Source: Octopus vulgaris (taxonomy: Eukaryota). Taken from it: DNA of 64,000 bases. Both the position numbers and the translations under genes were made by a program. The notes beneath the pieces were generated by a model, which was not told where the DNA came from, ran no database searches, and saw only the letters and a list, made by a program, of their open reading frames with translations. Position 1 is the stretch's first letter; each line of letters starts with the position of its first letter. Below are positions 50,269 through 64,000 of the stretch, in pieces. Where the stretch lies: the NCBI GenBank assembly GCA_951406725.2, contig OX597814.1, positions 145,886,001-145,950,000 of the forward strand, given 5' to 3'.

Positions 50269-50703
50269 ATGAGAGAGTGAGAGTGAGAACATTCATCTCT
50301 AAAATAAAAATTATATATATATATATGTATATAATTGATATTTTATAGATAAATGTTCTCTAAATATAGAGGACACACTAAAGCGTTTAAAACTTCTGAG
50401 CCATACGGAGAATAAGAAAAAATAATGATGAGTTGCAAAATTCGGGTTACTAATACGCATATATTAAAATATACTCCGTTATAAAAATATTATGTGCACA
50501 AAATCATTCAATAAAAATGTATATTATTATAAATACATTCAGAAATACATTAAAAATATATAAATATATCAATAGAAATACACTAAGCATATATTAAAAT
50601 TATACAAATATATAGTCCAACTTAGAATAAAAACGATATCAAAAATAGAATCGGTTTAGTATAAATGTAGAATGATATAAATCCATATAGAATGTTTTAA
50701 GTC

Positions 50704-50856
<153 letters not shown>

Positions 50857-52397
50857 ACGATGGCATATTTATTTTGATGTTCGGGAAAGTGAAAAAGTAT
50901 TTTACGTTTCGTGTCTACGCTCTTCAGCAAAAAGGAATAAGAGAAAATAAACACAGGGAAAATAGATAAAAATTAAAAAAATTGTGGATTCAGCGGTCAG
51001 CGAAACCGAAGAAGTCAGAAGTAAATGACAAGATACTCTGGTTGAAACAGAGCCATATGTAGATACGCAGAGACAACGAATAGTGAATAAAGTATTAAAA
51101 TTTCTGAAAATATCGGTCGCCCACAAATAAATTTCACACTTGTGATGGGCTGTTTCTGAACCTAAATATCTGTGCTATCGGCTTGTAACTTCACTGCATT
51201 TGTACATTTCAACATACGCATGCTTTATTATGACATCATACATTGCATTTTGGAATATTTTTAGTTGAAGTTCTTTATTCTTTCCACATACATTATCAGA
51301 ACTATAGTCACAAATCCGATCAAGTTTTCTTCGAAATATTCTAGATACTTCTACATACATATATACAAAAGCATAAATGCATTGATATGTATATGAAATT
51401 TATATATATGTACGATATCAAATAGACGTACACATACACACACACAAATATGTACACACACACATATATATATATGCATGCATACTCACACATACACATA
51501 TACCGCCCACACTACACATACATATGTATACATGCACACGTATAAACTGTTCAGCATTAGGGTGTAATTTGGAAATTAGACAATTACTTGAAAGGAAAAA
51601 TGCCACCATAATTGCCCTCAATGAAATGACTATATACATACAGACATGTTGGCGCGCGTGAGCGTGTCATATATGCGCGTATGTGTGTGCATACATACAT
51701 ATTATATATAAACATATCTATATATGATTGTATGTATATCGATAATCTTTCGCATACAGTGACTTGTATCATTTCATAATATATCTCAAATACCAGTTAC
51801 CCACCTTTGGTGAATCGAATTTACAAACTGACCTTTGGCTCTAGCAGGGCAAACATTTCGAAAATAACATGGGGGAATCTACAACAGAAACATCAAAATT
51901 AGATTTATCTTAGAAGCATTAAAACTGAAATGTGAATTTATCAGAGATACAGTAAACATTATCGTGTCTGTTACGAGAGTCTTCGCAATGGTTTTTATGC
52001 TTTCATTTGTTTGTTAAGTGCCATAGTAGTATCACCACACAAAGAATGTTAAAACATTTATACTATAAAAGAACAGAAATGTCCGAATTTGCTTCTCATG
52101 TTTCTCAACAGAAAAACAAACGCACATACAAAAAATAAATGAAGAGGCAAAATATAACATTAATAGTCAGCTCCACCACTGCCTTTAAAAGAAATACTGG
52201 AATGGAAACGAATGCTGGACGACGGCTTTTACTCTCTTTCTCTTTGAACAATACTCCACTTATCAGGTTCTGATGATACATATATGCATGTAAGTTTATG
52301 TAATGCATTTGGGTAAACGAAAGCATATAATATGACGGGTAGTAATACACAGGAAACAACTCATAGAAATAGGCAAGCTGACACATAGATGTATATA

Positions 52398-52472
<75 letters not shown>

Positions 52473-52570
52473 GGTGTATACGTGATATATATTTAAGTCT
52501 GTATATATACATATGTGTGATTATATATAATGTGCATTCACATACATATACATACATGTGTATATATATT

Positions 52571-52602
<32 letters not shown>

Positions 52603-52648
52603 CACACATGTATCCAAATATATCTATATACATCTCAGTATACATCAC

Positions 52649-52715
<67 letters not shown>

Positions 52716-53159
52716 TATGTGTGTATGTATGTATGTATGTACATGTATATACATACATCATGCATACATACGTCCTCACTCATATATGTGTTTTATGTGT
52801 TTGTGCATTGTTTGCTTTGCTTTTTTTAATTGTTTTATAGCTGCTAAATTTTCCATACAATATTTGACCTTTGAAACAGATTAAAAGTCGTTGAAGTTAT
52901 TATTTTCGATATTATGCAACAGATATTTTCTTCATGTTCCAGTAATGCATACTATGGGACCCTTTAAAATATAAATCTATATATTGATTTTGTATAACAA
53001 AAGTAACAAATACATAAGATAGCTGGATGTCATAAACGGTAGTGTCGGTTAAAATACATTGTAGGTTTCATAACGTCTCTTTTCTGCTCTGCAGAGTCCA
53101 TTATATCTGCAATAGAAAATACAAAATGTAGATAAAATCGCATGTCGGTGAGAAGCTGC

Positions 53160-54460
53160 AGTTTATCCGTTAGCGATAGAGAGCCAGTCAACCGATTAGC
53201 TCATGTCTGGAAACGCCCCAAGATATTACAGGTAGCAGGAGCAGCACAACTTTGTGGGTTGATTTAAACCTTGTAGATGCCAATAATGTGATCTGAAAGA
53301 CCTTGTTCTTAACAGAGAGGCTAGTTTAGGAATAGATTACATGGAATTTTAAGGATGAAGTGTTTAAACGACACGAGGAAATGTTGTTGACTGTGGGGTC
53401 CAAAATTGTGAGCTACTCTCATAGATGCAGATTTGTGTCGCTCATGTTTAGATCAACATGTATGTAGTTGTGGTGGTGCTTTCTTGATATGAGTTGTGCT
53501 TGAGCTTTTTGTCCTTAATGTAAACAATGTCTGCATGGATCAACTGGAGGATGCCTTGAGGTTTCCTTTTATAGATTCATTGCAGTTCGGTGTATACTTC
53601 AAATGCTGTATGTAGATGTTGCTTGATTAATGATAGTTAGGCACAAATAAAAGGTTACTTCAGCTGCATATTAGTGGGCGGTATGGAATTATAAGAGAAA
53701 GGATATGTAATACAGAATGAAACCTTGGGGTGCACCAGTGTTGACAGTGTACTAGTGAAACAAATGGGGCTCCGTGCACAAGTGCTGCGTGAGTGCAATC
53801 TCAAAAGAAGCTTCTGATATGAGAGATATGAAAGAATGTTTGAGCCAGTAGACGAGACATTCTGATGTGAGTTTTGTATGTCTGACATATTTGACGGCGT
53901 TTCGGATGTCTCGAGCAACACAGAGCATTCGCTGTACATCCCTTAAATAAGTTTATCGGTGAGTAACATTAGAGAGTAGGCCACCGTGTAAACTGGCTCT
54001 GTTGAGAGTACGTCTGCCGTGGGACCTGGCTCTATTCACCGAGAAAGAATATGAATGGTATTCAAGGTAATGGTGAACACCAATATTCATGGCAGCCTCA
54101 ATTACATTATAGCATTATAAGTGAAAACTGAAAAATGTGTCTTGCTCTGGAATAGAACAAACACAAGCGTGCTTTTAAATATTCGATTATTTAAAGACTT
54201 TAGTGGGGGTATCAGTGCAAGTTCTTGGGTGCCTCGTTTAAGTTTAAATGTAGTGACATGGAGTGGATCTGTCTTTTTGAAGAAATTGGAAGGATTTCCG
54301 CATTTGGAGAGTGTAAGACGGTGGGGCACAGAGTCCCTTGGATCAGACATGGGGCAATATTTTGAGTATTGATGAAGGATACGTAGTGTGAAGTTGGATG
54401 AAATGTAAGCAGCGAAGGTATAGAAGTTAAATAATGTTCTTGCGATCTTTGTCATCTACG
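53160..54460 (-). mobile_element. Decayed CR1/Jockey-group LINE RT fragment
   Basis: KRGTQELA (cf. KxCAPELA), ARDIRNAVKYVRH (cf. ALDISKAFDRVWH), VNTGAPQGFIL (cf. GVPQGSVL) and YAAEVT (cf. YADD), in order. Confidence 0.65.
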
Positions 54461-55948
54461 GATTAAGCGAAGATCTGTTTATTCTAGTGTTCCCATTTAT
54501 TAAAACGTAACAGTCTGAATACACATTTTACGTTCTAGATGTATTTTGAAAAGAATAATTAGAAACAACAGAGATTAGTACGCTGTTTCATCAGTTGCTG
54601 ATATTCAATTTAAGATTGTGTCTGATAAGGTCACATTTCAATAATTGAAAATAGGAAAAAGTCTATAGAATTGTCATGACATGCTTTTATTATCGTCTCT
54701 AACTTTACAATTTTAGGTGATAAAAATTGAACTTCCGTCCAAGTATTGGTAGCTATAAGGTATTGATGAACCGTTGTCCTAAAATAATTTCTGTACTTAG
54801 CTCTTCAAAGATAAATAATAAGAAGAATGGAGTGGAATTTTACGGTGTAAATACAAATAGATGCTTTTTTTTCCCTCTAGTTTCAGCTCAGAGCTACGGC
54901 CAAGCTGTTGCATTGCCGTTAGGCTTGGAGAACTTTGTTGCATAGAATAAGGCAGTTCGATCGTTTACTGAGTGCATTATCGAGATTTGATAATAACAAT
55001 ATAAATTATTTAAAGCTTTAAGAAAATTACGGCTTTATGAATCATCATTACCAATATTAAATTCGTAGACATTTTGCTAAACACTATGTCGCTGTATATA
55101 AGAGTGTGACCATTACGTGTTTGCATGCACATATAAATTGCGGCAGTTGGTGATTAGGTCCAAAAGTTATAATGTTTTCCGAAAATCGACCATTTGGGGA
55201 ATTAAAAACATTATTTCTGCAGAGAAGAAATACCATTAGGTATTTAGTGTGACAAGTAACAGTTTGTAGAGCATTTCTGTCTAACGATAACAAAGACAAT
55301 TTGCAATATACCTGTTTGTATTTTTCGGAATCACATTGCATGCATACATGATTTTAATTCGCTTCGGATTTTCATTCAGAAAATGTTGATAAACTCGATG
55401 TAGCATTTACACTGGACATTAATATTTTTATAGTTGAGTATTATATATGTTTACCTGGCAGTATTCTGTGTAATTTCAACAGAGGGGATGAAATATCATA
55501 AATATATGGTGTAACACATTCGCATACAAAACTACATTCAGTTATCAACATGTTAATATTGTGTACGATCTCTTTATAGTATTAAGAATCGAAGATATGT
55601 TTTCTAATTGCATTTCCTCTTCACTTCCCAATAAACCAACAAGTGTTTGCATTGGTATAGGTTAAAGATCCTCAAAAGCATATATTTATTGACTACAATT
55701 GAAGCAGAATTAAAATGTTGTAATTTGCAATGGATTGTGTGCAATATGTCATAGTATAGAAATAAGTATAAATGAATGCCATTGTATGGATTCTACATTT
55801 TCAAGCATTTCAGTATGATTGTTACACTTGAAGTCATAAGTCTTAAGCAAGAGCAGTTTTTGTCTATATATCTGTGGACAGTTAAGCAGAAATAATTCAT
55901 ATATATATATGTGTGTGTGTGTGCGTGCATGCATATATATGTATGTAT

Positions 55949-56034
<86 letters not shown>

Positions 56035-56059
56035 ATATATATATATATACATGTATATA

Positions 56060-56103
<44 letters not shown>

Positions 56104-56104
56104 T

Positions 56105-56432
56105 GCGCATGGCTCAGTGGTTAGAGCGTCGAGCTTACGATCGTGAGGTTGTGAGCTCTAATCCCGGACCGGGCTGCGTGTTGTGTTCTCGAGCAAGGCA
56201 CTTTATTTCACGTTGCTCCAGTTCACTCAGCTGTAGAAATGAGTTGCGACGTCACTGGTGCCAAGCTGTATCGACCTTTGTCTTTCCCTTGGATAACACT
56301 GGTGGCGTGGAGAGAGGAGGCTGGTATGCATGGGCGACTGCTGGCCTTCCATAAACAACCTTGCCCGGACTTGTGTCTAGGACGGTAACTTTCTAGGTGC
56401 AATCCCATGGTCATTCATGACCGAAGGGGGTC
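56105..56432 (+). mobile_element. tRNA-derived SINE (family 2), best-preserved copy
   Basis: A box TGGCTCAGTGGTTAGAGCG; tail GACCGAAGGGGGTC; homologs at 8532 and 38582. Confidence 0.88.
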
Positions 56433-56451
56433 TTTTTTATACATATATGCC

Positions 56452-56509
<58 letters not shown>

Positions 56510-56715
56510 GTGTGTGTGTGTGTGTGTTTGAGTGCTTTTGTATGTGTGTATGTGTGTGTGCGCAAGTGTTTATAAATCTACGAATCAAATTCAAATACTG
56601 GTTTTGGACCAGCATCCGGAATTTATCACACATCACACTGTAGCAGATATTGGTTGTGGTTTTCTTAGTAAATTGAAAAATATCCTAATATCATATTCTC
56701 ACACAAACACGCACG

Positions 56716-56789
<74 letters not shown>

Positions 56790-58109
56790 AACAAACACAA
56801 ATACATACATGTACACACATATTCACACTCACGTACACACATACACTCATACTTTTGTACCTCTTGTGTGAAATACCTTTTCACACAGACACGTATATCC
56901 AAGTTACTCTTTGAAAAGGCCATTATGGGAAATCTGCCTTCTAATCGATGTATCTATCGTAACAGATGACAATAAATCAAAACGCGAAACTATCCAAATA
57001 TACGGATTCGGAATTGAGATAACAAGAGTGTTTTTATGAAAACATAAATGGTTGAGATATCAAAGAAAAAATGCAGAGAAATATTCAAAAGATATGTAGA
57101 ACATGTACATCAGCGGTATATGAATCCCATGCAAACATACGCTGCAGGCTTGTATATTTAAATAATGTAATACTAATAACACTCTAAAATGTTTGCAGTC
57201 AGATTAAGCCATTGAAAATGACATGGTTAGGTGGCGAAATATTCTAACAAACCAATCATGAATTGATTATTTAATTAATTATTTAATTAACCAGAACGAA
57301 ATGAATTACAATTAGAGCTGGCATTTTGATTGAAAGAATGACTCATACAAAGTACATAGAAAGTGTTTTTTTTAGAAATAGTATTAAATATAAAATTAAA
57401 CAAAGTTTTAATAACAAACAACCATAATGAATTTATATCAATAATATGGCGATTATATTCAAATGCCTCAGCGTTTCTGTAGAATTATGTTCGCATCAAA
57501 ATTGGTGAGGAAACAGAATCTTGGTATGAAATAGCATTTTTGAGAAAAAAATTTATGATGAATCTCAATAAGAAGCATCATATATTTCTATGATTAAACA
57601 TTCTCTCTAAAATATTTCAATTTACCATTCATATTTCGTCCTTCTTTCAACTGTGTATTAATTATTCAAATTTATAATAAGCTGTAAATATATAGCATAA
57701 TTTATTCCGGATTTTGTTGTCGACAATATTAGCAACAGCGTTATTTTTAGATTACAATATTTCAGGTCAAAGATGAAAACCATTTTTACAGTATAATTAA
57801 TTATGAAAGCAAAAACAAATTTGAATTTCTTTTATCATATCAAAAACACAAAAATAAGATAATAACATTATGTTAGTCATATAAATTTTTTTTTTTGAAA
57901 AATGATTGGGAAAAAATCCAAAATGCTTAAAGGCAAAATCATTTGTGAATCTATGTTAATACTTTTTCTTAATTTAGAGATGTATATATATAAAACACAC
58001 ACTCATACACACACACACACACACACATGTGTGTATGTGTATATACATATATATATATGTCAGTCATACGTCCATGTATGTGTATATACACATATATCTT
58101 AGAACATAG

Positions 58110-58283
58110 TCCCTCCAGTAGTGTCAGGGTAATCGACAACGATCAAACTCCAAGCATCCAGACTGTACGCTTTTTATTAACTCCGGTGTCGGGCTGACTT
58201 CAATCGGGTCATATAAATCCTGAACACACCGTGCCATATCTTCCCTGATTTTCCACTCGATATTTCCACATCTAGTGTCCAAC

Positions 58284-58290
<7 letters not shown>
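58110..58290 (-). mobile_element. Possible RTE LINE C-terminal fragment
   Basis: LDVEISSGKSGKIWHGVFRIYM resembles the RTE motif LEVEGxRxRGRPRKTWxxVVRxD; weak. Confidence 0.3.
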
Positions 58291-58346
<56 letters not shown>

Positions 58347-59384
58347 TCGGTATATATATATATATGGATGTACACATGTACACGTACGTACAGCAACACA
58401 CACATACACACACACACACACACACCAAACACACAAACACAAATGTACATATGTACATTGAAATACATCCATTGTTTCTACATGGTCTACGTTTATATTG
58501 GCCAGTTAATACTAAGAAATTTTCAACCTCAATACACCGATCCGAAGCAACATATACATAATAATTTTCTTAAGTATATCATTACAAAAAAAACCCCCCC
58601 AAAACTTGGTTTTATCGATAAAGGAAATAAGTGTCGCGTTATATAAACAAACGCTCCCATAGACCCTTTTCTGTAATAATGATATATGTCAGCAAACCTT
58701 GTTATAACATCCGACAAGTCAATATTCAACAACGCAGTAGCAGTTTGATTGAATACCTAAATGCGATGATGCTCAAATAGTTCTTTGCACTAAGCGAAAG
58801 GAACGAACCAAAGATCATACGATAGCAGAAACAATAAACCTCGTCTTGGGTCAAGTCTCGCTTGAGATACGTTCAAATAAGCGGAGGATATAGGAAAAGC
58901 GCACTTAAACCAATTAAAAAACACTTACCGATCGACCATAACAGAAATAATTCAACCAGGAAAACACAACATTAGCCACAGATTCAAAAGGAAACAAAAC
59001 ACGCATCCATCAATGCGATAAACAATATATCTAAAATCCCAGGTCTACTGAGAAAACCGATGCGAAGGCAAAAGATCAAAACCAAGTCTCTTAATTGGAA
59101 ATTATATTAGAGTTGGAGTAATCTCGAAAGCAACTATGTTGCAAAGCGGCAAAACCTACTAAAGAACACACAGAAGATTGTGAAACGTACTGGTCAAAAT
59201 CAGATAAACAAGAAACACCACAGTATTTGCATGAGGCAGGAAACATTTTCGAAAGTGTTTTCGTCATTATCAGAGAGAAATAGCTTACATGTAGGTTTTT
59301 TTCAAAGAAAAAACTGCCACATCTTTACAAAAGTTACAGGGATATGCGATGTGCATTGCAGATAATATATTTATAAAAATTTCT

Positions 59385-59590
59385 TTTACTACAGGCACAG
59401 GGCTTGAAATTTGGGGGAGAGCAATATTCGATTACATCAACCCCAGGACACAACAGATTAATTAATTTATCGATCCGAAAATGGGGACTTGCAAGGTCGA
59501 CCTCGGCGGAATTTGAACTCAAAACACGAAGATTGACGAAGTAACGCTAAGCATTTCGAAGAGATCGCTAACGAGTCTGCCAGCTCATTT
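59385..59590 (-). mobile_element. SINE-like repeat (family 4)
   Basis: GAGCTGGCAGACTCGTTAGCG...GAGTTCAAATTCCGCCGAGGTCGAC on the minus strand; homolog at 46325. Confidence 0.75.
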
Positions 59591-59825
59591 ACCTGACTAA
59601 AATCATAAAAAGAACAAAAGAATAACAGAATATCTAAACTTACACACAGAAACACGCACACACGCACAGACACACGCACGCACACACACACATACACACA
59701 CACATATATGTATATATGTCTGTGTATCTGTATATATCTATATATCTATATATATATCTGTATCTATATCTATATCTATATATATATATATATATAAACA
59801 CACATATATATATATATATATATAA

Positions 59826-59860
<35 letters not shown>

Positions 59861-60289
59861 GATATGTATATATATATATATGTATGTATATATATATATG
59901 TATATAATTATGTTTGTTTCTCTGTGTGTGAGTATGTGTGCATGCCGTTTGCTGTGCTTGAGAAGACGCGTCAAGCTATGTAAATTTTGATCGTCTTTGC
60001 ATACGGGCATGTCCTCTTCATCTACCTATATACATTTCAAAATGATGCTTCACCACATACCGAAAATTTAGAAATAGCAGCCAAATGAGCGCTATTTCTT
60101 TTTCTACAAAATATGTCTCGACAGATAACAATATTTGTTACTCACATAGATAAAAAGAAGAAAAATAATAAAATCAAACAGTTTTCATTTAATTATGGAC
60201 GCATTTCTGGATTTCCTTTGTCAACATAATATTTCGAGAATTATAAATTTGAAAATGCTAGGAAAACTTACCCTTTGCATTTCTGATCA

Positions 60290-60800
60290 AGCGTCATCAG
60301 AACATAACACAAGATAGTCAGCATATCCAAACTTATATAGACAAGTGAATTCGTATTTCCCTCCAAGTTTAGTCCCGTCCCTATCGAGTGTTACTGGTAA
60401 CATGTGAACCCCTACCTGTCGCAAGGTCGGGTCGTCGATGATTAAACCGACAACCTCATGGATCTTTGTTGCTAGTAGGGACATCTAGACACTCCGCGAG
60501 ATGAAAACCAAAACCTGTCAAAAGGGCGCAGGAACTCGTAAGAATGAACAGCCATCCAATAATATGTAGTTAATCTCAATGATAAAATGTCACAAGCCAG
60601 CGTCACGGCTAAATCATGGTGAGCAGCTTGGCGGATATGCTGTTGGCCATATTGATCTTCATTCGGTGAAACTACACGACACAGTCTGGGTAGTTTAGAT
60701 ACTGCAGCCAATGATCAGTCTAGGATCAACCAATTCTCTTAGTGGATTGCTACCAGTTGATAGAACCAACGCTTCAAATCACTTTAACTTCTTGAATACA
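60290..60800 (-). mobile_element. Decayed RTE-clade LINE RT fragment
   Basis: FSSRGVSRCP (cf. SSGVRQGCP) followed by GYADYLVLCSDDA (cf. EYADDIVLLSED). Confidence 0.55.
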
Positions 60801-61099
60801 CTATGGAGTTCTGGAAACTCATAGTTTCACCAATTGAACTTGGATTGAATGTATTTATGTATGCTTATATGCATATGCAATTTTGTATCAACGGGATGAG
60901 TACATAAACATGAAATTCTGGCAAGGAAAAGCAGAAAGGAAAAAGTAGCACATATAATGCACTGGCAAATTATTTTGTATTTTGAAAACAAAGATAAATC
61001 TGCCTTTGGTGGTTGGATCACTGAAGCTAATTTGTACCACCATCTTCTGGATAGACTGAAGAGAACTGCTTAGAAGTTTTAATGCGCAGTACTCCTCGT

Positions 61100-61900
61100 G
61101 TGGCATTCCTAATTTGTAATAACACATCATGCTATTTGTCTTCTGCACTACACAGGTGGAGTCAATGGAGAGATTGTGCGTGTGATTATGGCTGAGTTTT
61201 CCTTCCTCTTATAGTTTTGTAAGAGAAAACATTAAATCCACATAACATTTCATCCAACGAGGAAAAACTGAAATCACTAAGTTAAGGACAGACAAGATTT
61301 CCTGATACATTCACAGGCCCAAAAATTTGGTGGGACGTTGATTCATCAGGAAACTGCAAAGGGAGATATACCTACTGGAATCATCAGAAGATTCATGCAG
61401 TATTCTGGAAATTACAGCTAGAAATTGGTAATTCCTGCACCAAAACTACTGATACAACATTATGATGGTGAAGTAGGTCAATGTTTCAACAGCAGAAGTT
61501 TATCGTGTATAAACGGTACAGGTTTTGCGCAAAAGACAATAGGTGCATTGGAATGAGGCATTCAAGTGATTACTGTTTTTGAGAGAACCATAAAGTATCA
61601 ATTAGGGGAAATCATTTTCCCACCAGAGTTCTGCCGGTGAGCACTTGATATCTTCATATAGACTTAGAAGATCCACATTGCAGCTATATGGAACAACTTT
61701 TAGTACCCTGAAACACATGTTCACCGGGCGCTCCAGGTTAGTGTGAGAAGGCTGATAAAAGCGGATCAGCAACAAGGTACATATACAAATAGCTATTATA
61801 ACGGACCTTCATAGAGTCCAGGGCAACAAGTAGCACTCATGACCATACAAAGCCCTCGAATATTTAACAAATTTTATATGACTGCTGACGGAAAATCAGC
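61100..61900 (+). mobile_element. Highly decayed Gypsy RT/RNase H fragment
   Basis: IRRF...KLVIP, WNEAFK, LDISSYRL (cf. DASSYGLG) and PYKALEYL (cf. DHKPL), in order; many stops. Confidence 0.45.
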
Positions 61901-62202
61901 TATTCGCAACCTGTTTACTATTTCATATCACACATCTCGCTGGATATGCAAATGAACCTCAAATGTTGACTCATCCTTGCGGAAGGAGCGTCAATAACAT
62001 CATTGCAACTAGAAAAGTTCCTTGTATCTAGAAGCATAAAACGATCGTTGTGGCTCAACTTGCATTACTTCGGGAAGATAAATTTGACATTTATCACTAT
62101 CTGAAGAAAGACAAATATCAGTTGATGAATCATTCGTCAAATATCAGCATGAGATCTTATTTTCTATTCAAGTCAGTTGCCACGTTTTCTCAGCCGGATC
62201 AG

Positions 62203-62385
<183 letters not shown>

Positions 62386-64000
62386 GAGTACCTTTGCACA
62401 AAAAATACTCGAATAATATTCCAGTTCCAAGTATGTTATATCACGAAAGTATTCAATAGTCCAGAGAAAAAAAAAACACAGGAATCTGTGTATGTTTGAA
62501 TAAATCTCTATGGTCAATATCGATCTCGTTTTATTGCGCCTTCTTTTGTGATTCTAAAATATTTTTAAAAATATATTTCTGCTAGGTATATAACAATATT
62601 GTACCATTTTTGTATATCAGTTTGTAATCTGTAACTTTATATGAACGTGTTGAAATCTTTATATTTCAAAAGAGTGATTTATTTTTAAAGGATAGTTTGT
62701 GATTTCTACGACGGAGGTATTTTTGATAGAACATGAAAGGTGGCTGTAATGAACACTAATATCGTGATTATTTAGATCTTCTCAGAATACATATTGAGAA
62801 ATAGGTTGTCATGCGACATTAACATTGTGGGTGTATAATCGATAATCATAAACACTGCCTGAATTTTCATACGTTCAATAGACGTCAATTACAGAAAATT
62901 GGGTGTACCCCAAACTCCACGACCCTACAGTAAATAGCCACAGAAATTCTAACATTGAACGCAAAAGAAAGAAAATATGCCTTGCGATTCAGCTTGTTTG
63001 GCTTTCAGAGTTTTTTTCTCAAGTTTGACAAAGATTAACGGCTGCCATTTATTTTTGATCAATATTTGGTTTCGCAGTTGGAACTAAATTTTTGAAAATA
63101 TAATCCGTGATCAACTCACGATAGTTTGTCTCTTGATCTAAATATCAACACGCACAATTAATGTATAATGCAGAGAACACGCATAGAAAAAGAAGTAAGC
63201 AGGGGAGACGGGGAAAAAGAGTAAGCGATCGAGAGAGAATATTAAAGAGAAAACTATATAGAAAGACATACAAACAAAGAGAGAGAGGCAAAGAAAGACT
63301 CTGAAAGAGAACTATAAAAAGAAAGAAAAAAACAATGATAGAGTAATAGTATTCAAACGAATCAACAAAAATAAAAGGAATAATGTAATCATATTTCGAG
63401 CATATTAGATCAAACTGCTTCAGTTGAAAAACATCCAACTATGGAATTTCTCCTTGAAATATCAGTTTCAATATTTGTTGGCAGGAACCGTTGTGAATAT
63501 GTTTGTATTTTATTATTCCAATCGCTTCTCTTCGTGTATTGGTGTTTACGTTTGTCTATATAAGACGCAAGGCATTCTTCTCTTAAGAGCTAATATTTCA
63601 GTTCTTAGAGAGAATACTAATTTTAATAGTTAATGTAAATGATATAGCTTCTCCATCACTGTTTTCTCCCGCATTTATTTATTTTTTTCACGTTTAGGAA
63701 CATACAATAATGGACATTATTGCCTCAGAGTCAGTATGAAATCAATAACACAAGGGTAGAAATAAAACAGATGCACAAAGCCGCACAGGCACGCGAACAC
63801 AACTATATTTGCAGTTATGTTCTCTGTCTTATTTAATGTTCTCTATGTAAAAGGGAATGGTTTATAGCAAAAAAAAAAAGAAAAAAGACGATGATCCATA
63901 AACAAATTTTAGAAGAACGTGTCAGGATTTTCTTACACACACACGTACGCACATATATATATCTATGTATCACCCTCTCTCTCTCTCTCTATATATATAT

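Overview
This is AT-rich, microsatellite-dense eukaryotic intergenic or intronic DNA, probably from an octopus or other coleoid cephalopod. That assignment is inferred from the 5S sequence and the tRNA-SINE families and is not verified. I can support no intact host protein-coding gene, and nearly all track ORFs are translations of (TA)n, (TAA)n, (TTC)n or (TG)n repeats. The dominant structure is a ~12 kb co-oriented array (26.7-38.5 kb, minus strand) of eight R4/Dong-like non-LTR retrotransposon pieces with restriction-like endonuclease (RLE), separated by (TAA)n tracts. The array holds a mappable unequal crossover, 17-bp stutter repeats at a 5' end, poly-Glu expansions inside the ORF, and a short bipartite derivative. 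Other content: a double inverted templated insertion (0.1-1.5 kb), a Tx1/L1-like ORF1-only element behind (TTC)n, a deleted Gypsy element interrupted by a SINE with a 20-bp target-site duplication (TSD), and a 5'-truncated 5S pseudogene. There are also Penelope-like remnants (an open GIY-YIG domain and two minimal hammerhead motifs), decayed CR1, RTE and Gypsy fragments, and several tRNA-SINEs. I found no evidence of a new host biological system; the best novelty candidates are transposon-level.
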